Source: Mobula hypostoma (lineage: Eukaryota). From it: 64,000 nt of DNA. Positions 11,655 through 24,176 of the stretch are shown here, piece after piece (positions within the stretch are counted from its first letter, which is position 1; each line of letters starts with the position of its first letter). The stretch is from assembly GCF_963921235.1 (NCBI RefSeq), contig NC_086097.1, positions 236,594,001-236,658,000 of the forward strand, in the 5' to 3' direction. The notes under the pieces were generated by a model. The model worked only from the letters and a program-made list of their open reading frames with translations. It was not told where the DNA came from and did no database searches. The position numbers and the translations under genes are program-made.

Positions 11655-12529
11655 TCAGTCCACCGTGAAAACCTCCTCTCTCCCCCCAATGTCCAGCACG
11701 AACGTGGACCCGTTGTTCCTGATCACCTTAAACGGCCCCTCGTAGGGCCGCTGTAGCGGTGCCCGGTGTCCACCTCGTCGTACAAAAAGAAACTTACAGT
11801 TCTGCAGGTCTTTGGGTACGCAGGTCGGGCTCTGTCCGTGCTGTGAAATGGGGATGGGGGCCAGGTTACTGAACCTCTCCCGTAGTCTGTCCAGGACTGC
11901 TGTGGGTTCTTCCTCTTGCCCCCTTGAGGCTGGTATGAACTCTCCTGGGACTACCAGGGGTGCGCCGTACACCAACTCGGCCGACGAGGTGTGCAGATCC
12001 TCTTTGGGCGCCGTGCAGATTCCGAGCAGGACCCAGGGAAGCTCGTCCACCCAGTTAGGCCCCTCCAGGCGGGCCATGAGAGCCGATTTCAGGTGACGGT
12101 GGAAACGCTCCACTAGTCCGTTCGACTGTGGGTGGTAGGCAGTTGTGTGGTGTAGCTGCGATCCTAAAAGGTTGGCCATAGTCGACCACAGGCTGGAGGT
12201 TAACTGGGCGCCCCTGTTGGAGGTAATGTGGGCCGGTACCCCGAAGCGGGCTACCCAGGTTGCGATCAGTGCTCGGGCGCAGGATTCGAAGGTGGTGTCG
12301 GTGAGCAGGACTGCCTCTGGCCATCTGGTGAATCGGTCTATCATAGTTAGGAGGTACCATGCTCCTCGTGACACTGGCAGGGGCCCCACGATACCCACAT
12401 GAATGTGGTCGAACCTCTGGCGGGTGGGTTCGAACCGCTGCGGCGGAGCCTTGGTGTGCCGTTGCACCTTGGCTGTTTGGCACTGCATGCACGTTTTGGC
12501 CCATTCACTGACCTGTTTACGCAGTCCAT
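11655..12529 (-). pseudogene. Gypsy integrase (C-terminal pol)
   Basis: CMQCQ zinc motif, IHVGIVGPLP, ITSNRGAQL, YHPQSNGLVERFHR, PYEGPFKV (GPY/F motif). The first two acidic residues of DDE appear substituted (D>G, D>N). Confidence 0.93.
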
Positions 12530-14861
12530 AAAACCATAAGACCATAAGACAAAGGAGCAGAAGTAGGCCATTCAGCCCATCAAGTCTGCTCCGCCATTTT
12601 TATCATGAGTTGATCCATTTTCTCCTATTTAGTCCCACTCCCCCGTCTTCTCACCATAACCTTTGATGCCCTGGCTACTCAGATACCTATCAATCTCTGC
12701 CTTAAATACACCCAATGACTTGGCCTCCACTGCTGCTCGTGGCAACAAATTCCATAGATTCACCACCCTCTGACTAAAAAATTTCTTCGCATTTCTGTTC
12801 TGAAAGGGCGCCCTTCAATCCTTAAGTCATGCCCTCTCGTACTAGACTCCCCCATCTTGGGAAACAACTTTGCCACATCCACTCTGTCCATGCCTTTTAA
12901 CATTCGAAATGTTTCTATGAGGTCTCCCCTCATTCTTCTAAACTCCAAGGAATACGGTCCAAGAGCAGACAAACGTTCCTCATATGTTAACCCTCTCATT
13001 CCCGGAATCATTCTAGTGAATCTTCTCTGTACCCTCTCCAACGTCAGCATATCCTTTCTTAAATAAGGAGACCAAAACTGCCCACAGTACTCCAAGTGAG
13101 GTCTCACCAGCGCCTTATAGAGCCACAACATCACATCCCTGCTCCTATACTCTATTCCTCTAGAAATGAATGCCAACATTGCATTCGCCTTCTTCACTAC
13201 TGACTCAACCTGGAGGTTAACTTTAAGGGTATCCTGTACGAGGACTCCCAAGTCCCCTTGCATCTCAGAACTTTGAATTCTTTCCCCATTTAAATAATAG
13301 TCTGCCCGTTTATATTTTCTGCCAAAGTGCATAACCATACACTTTCCAACATTGTACTTCATTTGCCACTTCTCTGCCCATTCTTCCAATCTATCCAAGT
13401 CTCTCTGCAGACTCTCCATTTCCTCAGCACTACCGGCCCCTCCACCTATCTTTGTAAAGTCAGCAAACTTAGCCACAAAGCCATCTATTCCATAATCTAA
13501 ATCGTTGATGTACAATGTAAAAAGAAGCGGCCCCAACACTGACCCCTGCGGAACCCCACTGGTAACCAGCAGCCAACCAGAATAGGATCCCTTTATTCCC
13601 ACTCTCTGTTTCCTGCCAATCAGCCAACACTCTATCCACGTATGTAACTTTACTGTAATTCCATGGGCTCTTATCTTGTTAAGTAGCCTCATGTGTGGCA
13701 CCTTGTCAAAGGCCTTCTGAAAATCCAAATATACAACATCCACTACATCTCCCTTGTCAAGCCTACTGGTAATTTCCTCAAAAAGTTGTAATAGGTTTGT
13801 CAGGCAGGATTTTTCTTTAAGGAATCCATGCTGAGTTCTGCCCATCTTGTCATATGCCTTCAGGTACTCTGTAACCTCATCCTTGACAATCGACTCCAAC
13901 AAGTTCCCAACCACGGATGTCAAGCTAACAGGTCTACAATTTCCTTTTTGCTTCCTTGCCCCCTTCTTAAATAGCGGAGTGATATTTGCAATCTTCCAGT
14001 CCTCTGGAACCATGCCAGAATCTATCGACTTTTGAAAGATCATCGCTAATGCCTCCGCAATCTCCACAGCTACTTCCTTCAGAACATGAGGGTGCATTCC
14101 ATCTGGTCCAAGAGATTTATCTACCTTTAGCCTATTCAGCTTCCTGAGTACTTTCTCTGTCGTAATCATGACTGTGCACACTTCTTTTCCCTGCCACCCT
14201 TGAGTGTTCGGTATACTGCTGTCTTCCTCAGTGAAGACTGATACAAAATACTTGTTCAGTTCCTCTGCCATCTCCTCATCTCCCATTACGATTTCTCCAG
14301 CATCATTTTCTATCGGTCCTATATCTACTCTCACCTGTCTTTTACTCTTTATATACTCGAAAAAGCTTTTAGTATCCTTTTCGATATTATTTGCTAGCTT
14401 CCTTTCATAGTTCATCTTTTCACTCTTAATGACCTTCTTGGTTTCCTTTTGTAAGGTTTTAAAAACTTCCCAATCCTCTCTCTTCCCACTAATTTTTGCT
14501 TCCTTGTATGCCCTCTCTTTTGCTTTAACTTTGGCTTTGACTTCTCTTGTCAACCATGGTTGCATCCTTTTTCCACTCGAAAATTTCTTCTTTTTTGGAA
14601 TATACCTGTCTTGCACATTCCTCATTTCTCGCATAAACTCCAGCCACTGCTGCTCTGCCGTCTTTCCCGCCAGTGTCTCTTTCCAGTCAACTTTGGCCAG
14701 TTCCTCTCTCGTGCCACTGTAATTACCTTTACTCCACTGAAATACCGACACATCAGATTTCGGCTTCTCTTTTTCTAATTTCACAGTAAACTCAATCATG
14801 TTATGATCACTGCCTCCTAAGGGTTCCTTCACCTCAATCTCTCCAATCACCTCCGGTTCAT
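12530..14861 (-). mobile_element. 5'-truncated CR1 LINE inserted in Gypsy pol
   Basis: (accataag)n tail at 12530-12550; agtccat duplicated at 12523-12529 and 14870-14876. The Gypsy peptide ANRFV*HG|LRKQV rejoins across the insert. Confidence 0.95.
12760..14850 (-). pseudogene. CR1 ORF2 segment (end of endonuclease plus reverse transcriptase), 696 aa open
   Basis: GSDHN, GPDGMHP, RPVSLTS, QHGF, YLDFQKAFDKV, GVPQGSVLGPLLF. The catalytic motif reads FADF instead of FADD, and there is a frameshift near RRNF. Confidence 0.93.
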
Positions 14862-14877
14862 GTTCCTGTAGTCCATG

Positions 14878-15954
14878 TCACACGAACCTGTTGGCGACCA
14901 GCCGGACGGTTGTCCTGATGGAGGGGTGCGCTAAGTTGTGAATGCATTCAAAAACCCGCCTGCACCAGTCTGCTGGGACGACGGGGCGGGGTTGGCCGGT
15001 AGCTACGTCACATAGTAGGGTCCTCTCACCTGGGCCTACGGGGAGGTCTTGGAGCTGCAAACTGGAAACTGCAGTCCTGTAACTGGGGATCTCAGCGTCT
15101 GCCTGCTGTGCCTCTGCCAGCACTGCATAGTCCACCCCCTGGGACAGGGCCTGTATGGTAGGTCTGGATAGTGCGTCCGCCACGACGTTGTCCTTTCCAG
15201 AGACATGCCGGATGTCCATCATGTACTCGGAGATGTAGGACAGATGTCGCTGCTGGCGGGACGACCTGGGGTCAGACACCTTCGTGAACGCAAAGGTAAA
15301 CGGTTTGTGGTCTGTGAACGTGGTGAAGGGCCTACCTTCTAAGAAGTACCTGAAATGCCGGATTGCCAGGTATAGTGCCAATAGCTCCCGGTCGAAAGCA
15401 CTGTATTTGAGTTCGGGTGGTCGTAGGTGTTTGCTGAAGAACACCAGGGGTTGCCAGCGACCCTCGATGAGTTGTTCCAGCACTCCACCGACTGCTGTGT
15501 TGGATGCGTCCACCGTGAGGGCAGTAGGAACGTCCGCTCTGGGGTGCACTAGCATCGTGGCATTTGCCAAGGCTTCTTTGGTTTTAACGAAAGCGGTTGC
15601 GGCCTCTTCGTCCCAGGTAATGTCCTTGCCCTCACCCGATATTGAAGTGAACAGGGGGCGCATGGTTCGGGCTGCTGAGGGGAGGAAACGGTGGTAGCAA
15701 TTCACCATACCCACGAATTCCTGCGGGCCTTTAATCAAAGGTCGGGGGAAGTGGCGGACCGCGTCTACCTTGGCGGGTAGCGGGGTTGCCCCGTCTTTAG
15801 TAATCCTGTGGCCCAGGAAGTCGATGGTGTCGAGTTCGAACTGGCATTTGGCTGGATTGATTGTAAGGCCAAATTCACTCAGGCAGGAGTAAAGCTGGCG
15901 GAGGTGAGACAGATGCTCCTGCCGACTACTGCTTGCAATGAGGATGTCGTCCAA
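14878..15954 (-). pseudogene. Gypsy RT C-terminus, RNase H and start of integrase
   Basis: (Y)[50 protein letters not shown]. Confidence 0.95.
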
Positions 15955-16940
15955 ATAGATGAATGCAAAGTCCAGGTCGCGTCCATTAGCCGCTGGAAAG
16001 TCTGTGCGGCATTCTTTAGACCAAACGGCATTCGGAGGAATTCGAAAAGTCCGAACGGGGTGATAAGTGCTGTTTTGGGGATGTCGTCCGGGTGTACAGG
16101 GATTTGATGGTATCCCCAGACGAGGTCTACCTTGGAAAAGATCCTTGCGCCGTGTAGGTTTGCTGCGAAGTCTTGAATGTGCAGCACAGGGTAGCAGTCT
16201 GGCGTTGTAGCCTCGTTCAGTCTGCGGTAGTCACCGCATGGTCTCCAGCCCCCCGTTGCCTTGGGCACCATGTGAAGGGGGGAGGCCCATGGGCTGTCGG
16301 ACCGTCGTATGATCCCTAATTCCTCCATCTTCTTGAACTCCTCCTTCGCCAGTCGGAGCTTGTCCGGGGGAAGCCTTCGAGCACGGGCGTGGAGGGGTGG
16401 TCCCTGGGTCGGGATGTGGTGCTGTACTCTGTGTCTGGGCATGGCTGCCGTGAACTGCGGTGTCAGTACTGATGGGAAATCCGCCAGGACCCTGGTGAAT
16501 TTGTCGTCGGACAGCGTGATGGAGTCCAGGTGTGGGGCTGGCAACTGTGCTTCACCCAGGGAGAACGTTTGAAAAGTCTTGGCGTGGACTAATCGCTTCC
16601 CTTGCAGGTCGACCAGCAGGCTGTGGGCTCGTAGAAAATCCGCCCCCATGAGTGGTTGGGCCACGGCGGCCAGTGTGAAGTCCCACGTGAACCGGCTGGA
16701 GCTGAACTGTAGCCGCACCATGCAGGTGCCATAGGTTCATATTGTGCTGCCATTTGCGGCCCTCAGGGTGGGTCCCGGTTCTCTGTTGCGGGTATCATAA
16801 CTTGTTGGAGGTAAGATGCTGATCTCCGCTCCGGTGTCGACCAAAAAGCGGCGTCTCGACTGCTTGTCCCAGACGTACAGGAGGTTGTCCTGATGGCCAG
16901 CCGCCGTAGCCATCAGCGGCGGCTGGCCCTCGCGTTTCCC
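15955..16940 (-). pseudogene. Gypsy protease and RT N-terminus, frameshifted
   Basis: [57 protein letters not shown]. Confidence 0.93.
16895..16940 (-). promoter_or_regulatory. -1 programmed ribosomal frameshift signal (gag-pol)
   Basis: G GGA AAC in gag frame (16934-16940), 5-nt spacer, perfect 12-bp stem GGCCAGCCGCCG/CGGCGGCTGGCC with a 10-nt loop. The -1 frame encodes the protease. Confidence 0.85.
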
Positions 16941-17617
16941 GGGAATTTGCAGGGCGGTCTGCAGCGGCGGGCCTCTGTGCCCCACTGCTGGTGGTAGAAA
17001 CACCATTGTTCGTTGGGCTCCTCACTCCCGTCGCCAGGTTTTGTAGGCTCTGCTGCCGGGCCTGGTCTGGTCTGTAGTTGGGCACGCGGCTTGGTGATCT
17101 GTGCGACAGGCACCCCTCTCTCTTTCCTGGCATTCCACAGCACATCTACTTGGGCCGCCACCTCCCGGGGGTTGCTGAAATCTGCGTCGGACAGCAGCAG
17201 GCATATGTCCTCGGGCAGTTGCTCTAGGAACGCCTGCTCAAACATGAGGCAGGGTTTGTGTCCTTCAGACAGGGCCAGCATCTCGTTCATTAATGCTGAC
17301 GGCGGCCTGTCTCCCAAACCATCCAGGTGCATTAAGCGGCGTGCTCGTTCGCGCCATGAGAGTCCGAAAGTCCTTATGAGCAGGGCTTTGAATGCTGTGT
17401 ATTTGCCGTCCTCCGGGGGCGACTGTATAAACTCCTCAACTTGTGCAGCTGTCTCCTGGTCGAGGGAGCTCAGCACCTAGTAGTAGCGAATGGACTCCGA
17501 GGTTATCTGCCGAATGTGGAATTGAGCTTCTGTTTGCTCGAACCATAAATGGGGTCGCAGCGTCCAGAAGCTTGGCAGTTTTAACGAAACTGCATGAACA
17601 GATGCGGCGTCGGTCAT
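16913..17617 (-). pseudogene. Gypsy gag, with one premature TAG at 17477-17479
   Basis: MTDAASVHAVSLKLPSFWTLRPHLWFEQTEAQF...LGDRPPSALM...CFYHQQWGTEARRCRPPC. Confidence 0.9.
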
Positions 17618-17643
17618 CTCTGGTCCAAATATCGTTTGGGCCA

Positions 17644-17654
17644 TCGGGTCACCA
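17644..17654 (-). promoter_or_regulatory. Primer-binding site, tRNA-Trp-like
   Basis: TGGTGACCCGA two bases after the LTR end. The complement of the tRNA-Trp 3' end is TGGTGACCCCGA, one C longer. Confidence 0.7.
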
Positions 17655-17656
17655 AT

Positions 17657-17928
17657 TGTAGCGGTGTGCGTGAACAGATGCGGAGTCGGTGAGTCAGTGT
17701 TGCGATGAAAAAGATTTATTCAAACTTCACGGCCTGCTTTAAAGCCTTCCCGTTCCCGCCCTCCCTAGGGCGGGACTGCTGTGGGGAATGCATATTCCCA
17801 GACCCTTTCCGCGCGCAGGATTTTCCCCCTGTTGGTGAAGATGGCCTGGCGCCCTTTTTGGGGCCGGCCCTCTGCCTGCGCGCGCTGTTGTGAGCCGGTT
17901 CGTGTGTGCCAGAAAGTGGGTTGCCACA
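17657..17928 (-). repeat. Gypsy 5' LTR, 272 bp
   Basis: TG...CA ends, AATAAA at 17715-17720 on the minus strand, directly upstream of the PBS. Confidence 0.85.
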
Positions 17929-18265
17929 GTATCTTCAGCAAGTTTATAGATGGTATTTGAGCAATGCCTAGCCACACAGTCATGTATATATACAGAGTAG
18001 AGCAGTGGGCTAAGCAGTATTGATCGTCAGCAAGTAGGAGATGTTATCACCAATCTGCACAGATTGTGGTCTTCTGGTTAGGAAGTCGAGGATCCAATTG
18101 CAGAAGGAGGTACAGAGGCCCAGGTTCTGCAACTTCTCAATCAGGATTGTGGGAATGATGGTATTAAATGCTGAGCTTTAGTCAATGAACAGCATCCTGA
18201 CATAGGTGTTTGTGTTGTCCAGGTGGTCTAAAGCCATGTGAAGAGCTATTTAGATCACATCTCAA
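17929..18265 (-). mobile_element. Rex/L2-type LINE RT fragment
   Basis: The minus strand resembles LSPLLYS.Y.HDCVARH.SNTIYK.AED; homology stops at the Gypsy LTR. Confidence 0.7.
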
Positions 18266-19734
18266 CCCCATTCTGACATTTGGTTTGAACAACAACTGAA
18301 CCTTTTGCCACATGATTGAATCATTAGAGATTTGCTTTAATGATCAAGGGTACCTAATAAAGTGGCCCCTGTGTGCATATTCCATGCTATATTTAGCCTT
18401 CCAGTCACCTTATGTGACTTATCACGCCTATGCCTGCCCTGCCATTAGACTTCTCTTCCTTTGATATTTGACTGAACCTCACTCCAACTGTGAACCTATT
18501 CTGTGACCCAATCCCCCGTGAAATTGATTTAATATCTTGCCAACAGCACAAGTAAATCTGTCAGCAAGGATATTGGACCTTTTCCAGTGCAGGTGCAACC
18601 CATCCTGCACGTGTAGTTTATTACGGCCCTAGAAGTATTCCTCAATGACCCAAGCGTGTTTTCAAAGGTGGCAGACATTTAGTGGGCCAAATGAGCTCCT
18701 TCTTTGTCAGAAGATTTTACAAGGAAAGAAAAAATATGAGATTGAGATACAAACGTAGATCCCAGTCTTGTTGAAGTACAGGGACAGCTTGGCTTAATGT
18801 GTGGTTAGATCAGAGTCATAAGTGAGCAGAATTGCAGTTGGATGTTGCTTGAGCCTGCAGTCTTCATACATCAGTCTGATAATGATGTTCCTGCTCCTAA
18901 TGTCCCAAATCAGAGCAGGGAAGAAACTGTTTGACAAACTATTGTGACTCTGCTACTCAAGGAACCTTGACATTGATTTCTCGCTAACACACTTCTAACT
19001 TAAGCCTGTCTCACCGGTTCACTTTTGTGATAGTTCGACCTTATAATTTTTATAAGTAATGCTTCTGCTTAACCTTTTCTCATTCTGATAGAACTTGATA
19101 AGCCAGTGACAAAATCAAACTTTAAATAAACCTTGCTTTCAGACAGCTACAGTTTAAAAAATAATTTCAGGATATTTCAGAATCTGGTCTTCTTGCAACT
19201 GAGGTAAGTGAAACAAATCAATCCCTCAGTATGGCTTGAGGTCCCTTCCTTCCACAGCCAGTATTATGCCTTATTCAGAACATTCATAATCCAATGAGAA
19301 TTAATACCACTATACATCTACTCATCACTGTTGGCCAGAGATATCTACAGTCTACACATCAATGAATTCAAATGAATGAAGGACTGCAGAAGTAGACAAA
19401 TCAATTGTCTTTGTTCTTGCCATGTGTTTGAAGGAATAAAGGCTGACATTTTGTGAATCTGCTCTGTAGCCTCCATCTTGTGAATTGGTAGAGAACTGAT
19501 TCTTGCTCTGAGATAATATAATCAGAGCAATTAAATGTGGACACGAGGAGTTTCTTTTATTGACTTGCTAAATCTGAGATCATTCTCAGATAAGCTGTAT
19601 ATTGTGTACAATGGAGGGTTGCGGAAATAATATCATTATTTTGGTCCAGAGTCTGAGTGAACTGCTTTGTCTGGTTTGAACCAGAGTTGAAGAGAATTAA
19701 AGAAACAGAAATTAGTACTTCCCCAGCGTATATA

Positions 19735-20545
19735 ATGAATAAACTCTTCTCGGGCTTCCAGATTGGTACAGGTATCAAATTTAACCAAAGATACAAAGAC
19801 AAATTCTGCCATCTTCATCAGGGATGATGCCTAGGCATATCTAATTAGGTGTTATTTATACCCCCGTCATCAGTTCCTAACAACGAGGAGGAAAATATCA
19901 CTGCCACCTGTCTTCCCTATATTTCCATGGTTTCTGGAAGGATCACCAGGATCCTGAAGAAATACCAGATTAATACCACCTACAACCCCATAAAAAACCA
20001 CCAATCACATCTTATGTGGATCAAACATGACCTAGAACTTAGGTAGGTTAGCATTTACCGGATTCTCTGTGAATGCAGAGCAGCATATATTGGCCAGACA
20101 GGATGCACAGTGGAAACCTGCATCAAGAAACACAGGAGGTGTATCCATTTGGGTTACCTGGAGAAGCTGGTGGTAACAGAACATTGCATTCGCAATGACC
20201 ATAGGATTGACTACGACGACACCAAATTACTGTGCCACACCAATAGCTTTTGGGACCAGCTGGTGAAGGAAGCCATTGAAATAAAACTGGAGGAAAAATA
20301 TTTTGGCAAAGATGAAGGTCTCACTGTAAGTAAGAACTGGAATTCAATTGTAAACAAGGTGGGAGAGCAGAAACCTGTTTGGATTAGGAATAACCAATCA
20401 GGAGGAATAGATGACGGTGGTAAATACCACTGGACTAGGTATGCCCAGGCTTCATTCCTGATGAAGATGGGAGAGTTTGTCATTGAAACAATGTTTAAAA
20501 TTGACGCCTGTATCCAGCTGGAAGCCCAAAATAGAGTTTATTCGT
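19735..20545 (+). mobile_element. Penelope/Poseidon-type element: GIY-YIG 3' part with an inverted pLTR copy at its 5' end
   Basis: LPYIS..SGRITRILKK..IYRILCECRAAYIGQTG..EH..KEAIEI..KDEG. 19735-19871 is a diverged reverse complement of about 20410-20545. Confidence 0.85.
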
Positions 20546-22538
20546 AGAACAAAAGAAGTCACCTAAGACATGAAATTGTGTAGCTCTTGGACTACCTCCA
20601 ATGGGAATCCCTTATAGGCTCACCAATGACACCGAAATGCAACATTTGAACTGGTAATCAAACAACATAAAAGCAGAGGCTTCGAATGCAAAACAGCGAC
20701 AGCTCTCCAGACACAACCATATTGGATGTGGAGTAGCCCATGGACACGCGAAGATTAGATCAGGACCACTGGGAATACATGGCCAGGATACACTCCTTTT
20801 CCAGGCATTACCCTTTCTGTTCTTTGACTGTTCATGGAGGGTCAGGAAAACTTAGCAGGTGTGCACACAGGTATTTGGTTGTGTAAATTCACATGCTCTT
20901 CCAATGAGACAATAAAGGCACTTGTCAGTAATTCCAGATTCCCTCTGTGCCTCTCTGATCATTATTACTAAGGGTTAGATCCTTGTAACACCACCAAAGA
21001 GATCTGGTCAGAATTTTGCACGGAACGATAGAGTTGACCTGCTGAAAGATAGAGGAGCACTTACAGGTTTAGAAGCCATCATGTAATTTGTGCCTCATCC
21101 AAGTGTCTGCAAGCGATTTCACATCAAGCTGATGGATTTTTTTTTTCCTATGGCTTGCTGTCGGATCTTAGAAAGTGTAAGTTGCATTTTCCTCTAATGA
21201 GCAGAGATAATGCATGAGATGCATTTAAACCACAGGAGGTTTATATGAAGGATTGCCAATGGCAACAAGTAATGTTCACCAGGCTGACAAGATATACACT
21301 GAGGTATGCTTTCTTAGATTATTTACCTTGTAAATGGGACATTAGGGTATTCCTACGATATACCTTCCTGTAGCATCAGCTGATACATCTGGTTCCAATT
21401 CATCTGGGTATTGCATACAGATATAAGCCTGGCAGTAGTGGCAGGCTCTGGGGCAGTTCACTCGAGATAAACAAACAAGGACAACTTCCTTGTGCCCCAC
21501 TTTATCTTACCTGCAAACTTAACTTTTCAGCAATCAGATAATATGAAGCGCCAGCAGTGTGATACTTGTTTCATAAATTGACAACATTCTTGCGGACCGG
21601 CTGACCCGGGGGGGGGGAAACGGGCAGGGGTAGGGCTGCCAACTGACAACAGTAGCAGTCAAATACGTTGTGCTTATCCCGAGAAAGACTGTCATGACCA
21701 CGAAGCCTTGTGCGGGCACCTGTGTGCGCATGAGTGACATGCGCATGCGTGTACGTGCCGATTTTTTCTACAAATCGTTTTTGGCGATTCTGTTCGGGGG
21801 AGGTTGTTAATCACGACTGAAATATAGGTGATAAGTGGCTAATACAGTCAATTTTGTTTCTAAAAGGCTTTATCTAACGAATTTAATATTAAACACACAG
21901 CGCATATTTTCCTCGCACGAATATAGTGAGTGATAAGTCAATTATTAGGGGAGGACAGGGGAGCTTGAAGTAAGTTGAACGAATTTCCAGCAGAAGTGGT
22001 AGAGGCAAGTTCAATATTATCAGTTAAAGTTAAATTGGATAGCTGTATGGACAGGAAAGGAATGGTGGATTATGGGCTGAGTGCAGGTCGGTGGGACTAG
22101 GTGAGAGTAGCGTTTGGCACGGACTAGAAGGAAAGAGATGGCCTGTTTCCGTGCTGTAATTGTTATATGGTTACATAAGTCACTTATAAGTCAATAGCAT
22201 CATAACATTTTAAGTAACGTTTGGATATTAAACATGGACATATTTATTTAACACCCTTGAGTAATTTAATTTTAGTTCGATATTTATATCTTGGATTAAA
22301 CTTATATATATATACCCCCTTTGGCTTCGGTATTTACTAATAATCAAAGATCCCCTCTTTTTCATCTATTCCGTGGTACTAGGCAGGGTTGTCCTCTTAG
22401 TCCACTACTATTTGATATTGCTTTGGAACCGCTAGCTATTGTTATTCGTGACTCCCCTAATATATTTGGTATTATCCATGGAAATGAGACTCATAAGCAT
22501 GCAGATGATGTACTATCATATATTTCTAACCCAGGGAA

Positions 22539-22624
22539 ATGCTGCCTGGCCTGCTGCGTTCGCCAGCAACTTTGATGTGTGTTGCTTGAATTTCCAGCAT
22601 CTGCAGAATTCCTGTTGTTTGCGT
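22539..22624 (+). mobile_element. 86-bp Penelope 3' tip inside the L1 RT
   Basis: Near-identical to 2168-2253; no TSD visible. Confidence 0.85.
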
Positions 22625-22745
22625 TTAAACTAACTATTTTACTTACATAGCAGTTAAAGTTCCTAAGAGACATAAGGATCTACTCAATTTCAACCTTTTA
22701 CTGTTAATTGATCAGGTTAAACAACTGATTACTAAGTGGTCCCCA

Positions 22746-24176
22746 TTGTCTCTATCATTGATTGGCCGAATCAATGCTATTAAAATGATTATTTTACCTA
22801 AATTTTTATATTTATTTCAAAAGATACCAATTTTTATTCCTAAATTCTTTTTTGATACTATTGATTCTAAAATTTCCTCTTTTATATGGCAAAACAAAAA
22901 TCCCAGATTAAGTAAAAAATACTTACAGAAATCCAAGAAAGATGGTGGTTTGGCATTGTCTAACCTAAGATTTTATTATTGGGCAATTAATACTCGATAT
23001 TTAATATTTTGGACACAAGATTGGAATATAACTCCAAGCCCACATTGGGTAAACCTTGAAGGCCACTCTGTACAAGGGTTTTCTTTAGCTTCCATTTTAG
23101 GAACTTCAGTTCCTTTTGTACTATCTAAATTGAATAAACAAATGTTTAACCCTATAGTTAAACATACATTGCGAATATGGTTTCAATTTTGTAAATTTTT
23201 TGGCCTGAATGAATTTATGTTATCAAGTCCTATTATATCTAATTTCTTTTTTCAACCCTCGGTTATGGACCAAGCCTTTTTGATATGGAAAACGAAAGGT
23301 ATAATATGTTTTCGTGACTTATATCTGGATAACTGTTTTATGTCTTTTCAGCAGTTATCTAAGAAATTTGATTTGCCTAGATCCCATTTTTTTAGATACT
23401 TACAAATAAGAAATTTTTTAAATACTTCGTTGCCTACCTTTCCGACTTCATATCCTACTGATATTATTGATACAATTTTAGGTTTAAATCCATTTCAGAA
23501 GGGACTAATAGCAATTATCTATGATATAGTTATGAAATTACAGCCAGTTATATCTGATAAAATTAAAAATGAATGGGAAAGAGAACTTCAACTTTGTCTA
23601 CCTATAGAGAAATGGAATAAAATTTTTCGATTAGTTAGTACTTCTTCTATATGTGCTAAACATACATTAATACAATTTAAAGTAGTGCATAGAGCCCATA
23701 TGTCCAAAGATAAATTAGCCTGTTTTTATTTCCATATAAACCCTATTTGTGACAGATGTCACTCTGAGGTGGCTTCTTTAACTCATATGTTTTGGTCCTG
23801 TCCTCTTTTGGAAAAATATTGGAAAGATATTTTTGATATTATTTCAACAGTTCTACGTTTTGATTTACAACCCCATCCTATTATGGCAATTTTTGGATTG
23901 CCAGTGGTAGGACATAGATCTTTGTCTTCTTCAGCCTGTCGGATGATAGCATTTGTTACTTTAATGGCCAGAAGATCTATTTTATTGAACTGGAAGGAAA
24001 CCAATCCTCCTACTACATTCCAATGGTTTTCTCAAACTATATTAAGTTTAAGTTCAGAAAAAATTAGAAGTGATATTTTCGATCCTTCGGTTAAATTTGA
24101 AGAAACTTGGAAACCTTTTATGCAATATTTTCATATGATGCAATTTGACCTTTCCAAATCTTTTTTATTAACTTAA
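22746..24176 (+). pseudogene. L1 ORF2 C-terminal half, 476 aa open
   Basis: LSLIGRINAIKMIILPKFLYLFQ, GGLALSNLRFYYWA, zinc knuckle CDRC..LTHMFWSCP. Confidence 0.9.

Larger units (their letters stand above)
11655..17928 (-). mobile_element. Ty3/Gypsy LTR retrotransposon: 5' LTR present, 3' LTR missing, interrupted by a CR1
   Basis: Domain order LTR-PBS-gag-PR-RT-RNaseH-IN, with several stops and frameshifts. Confidence 0.97.

Noticed and set aside
11812..17480. Plus-strand ORFs over the Gypsy and CR1
   Set aside because: Antisense shadows of pol, gag and ORF2.
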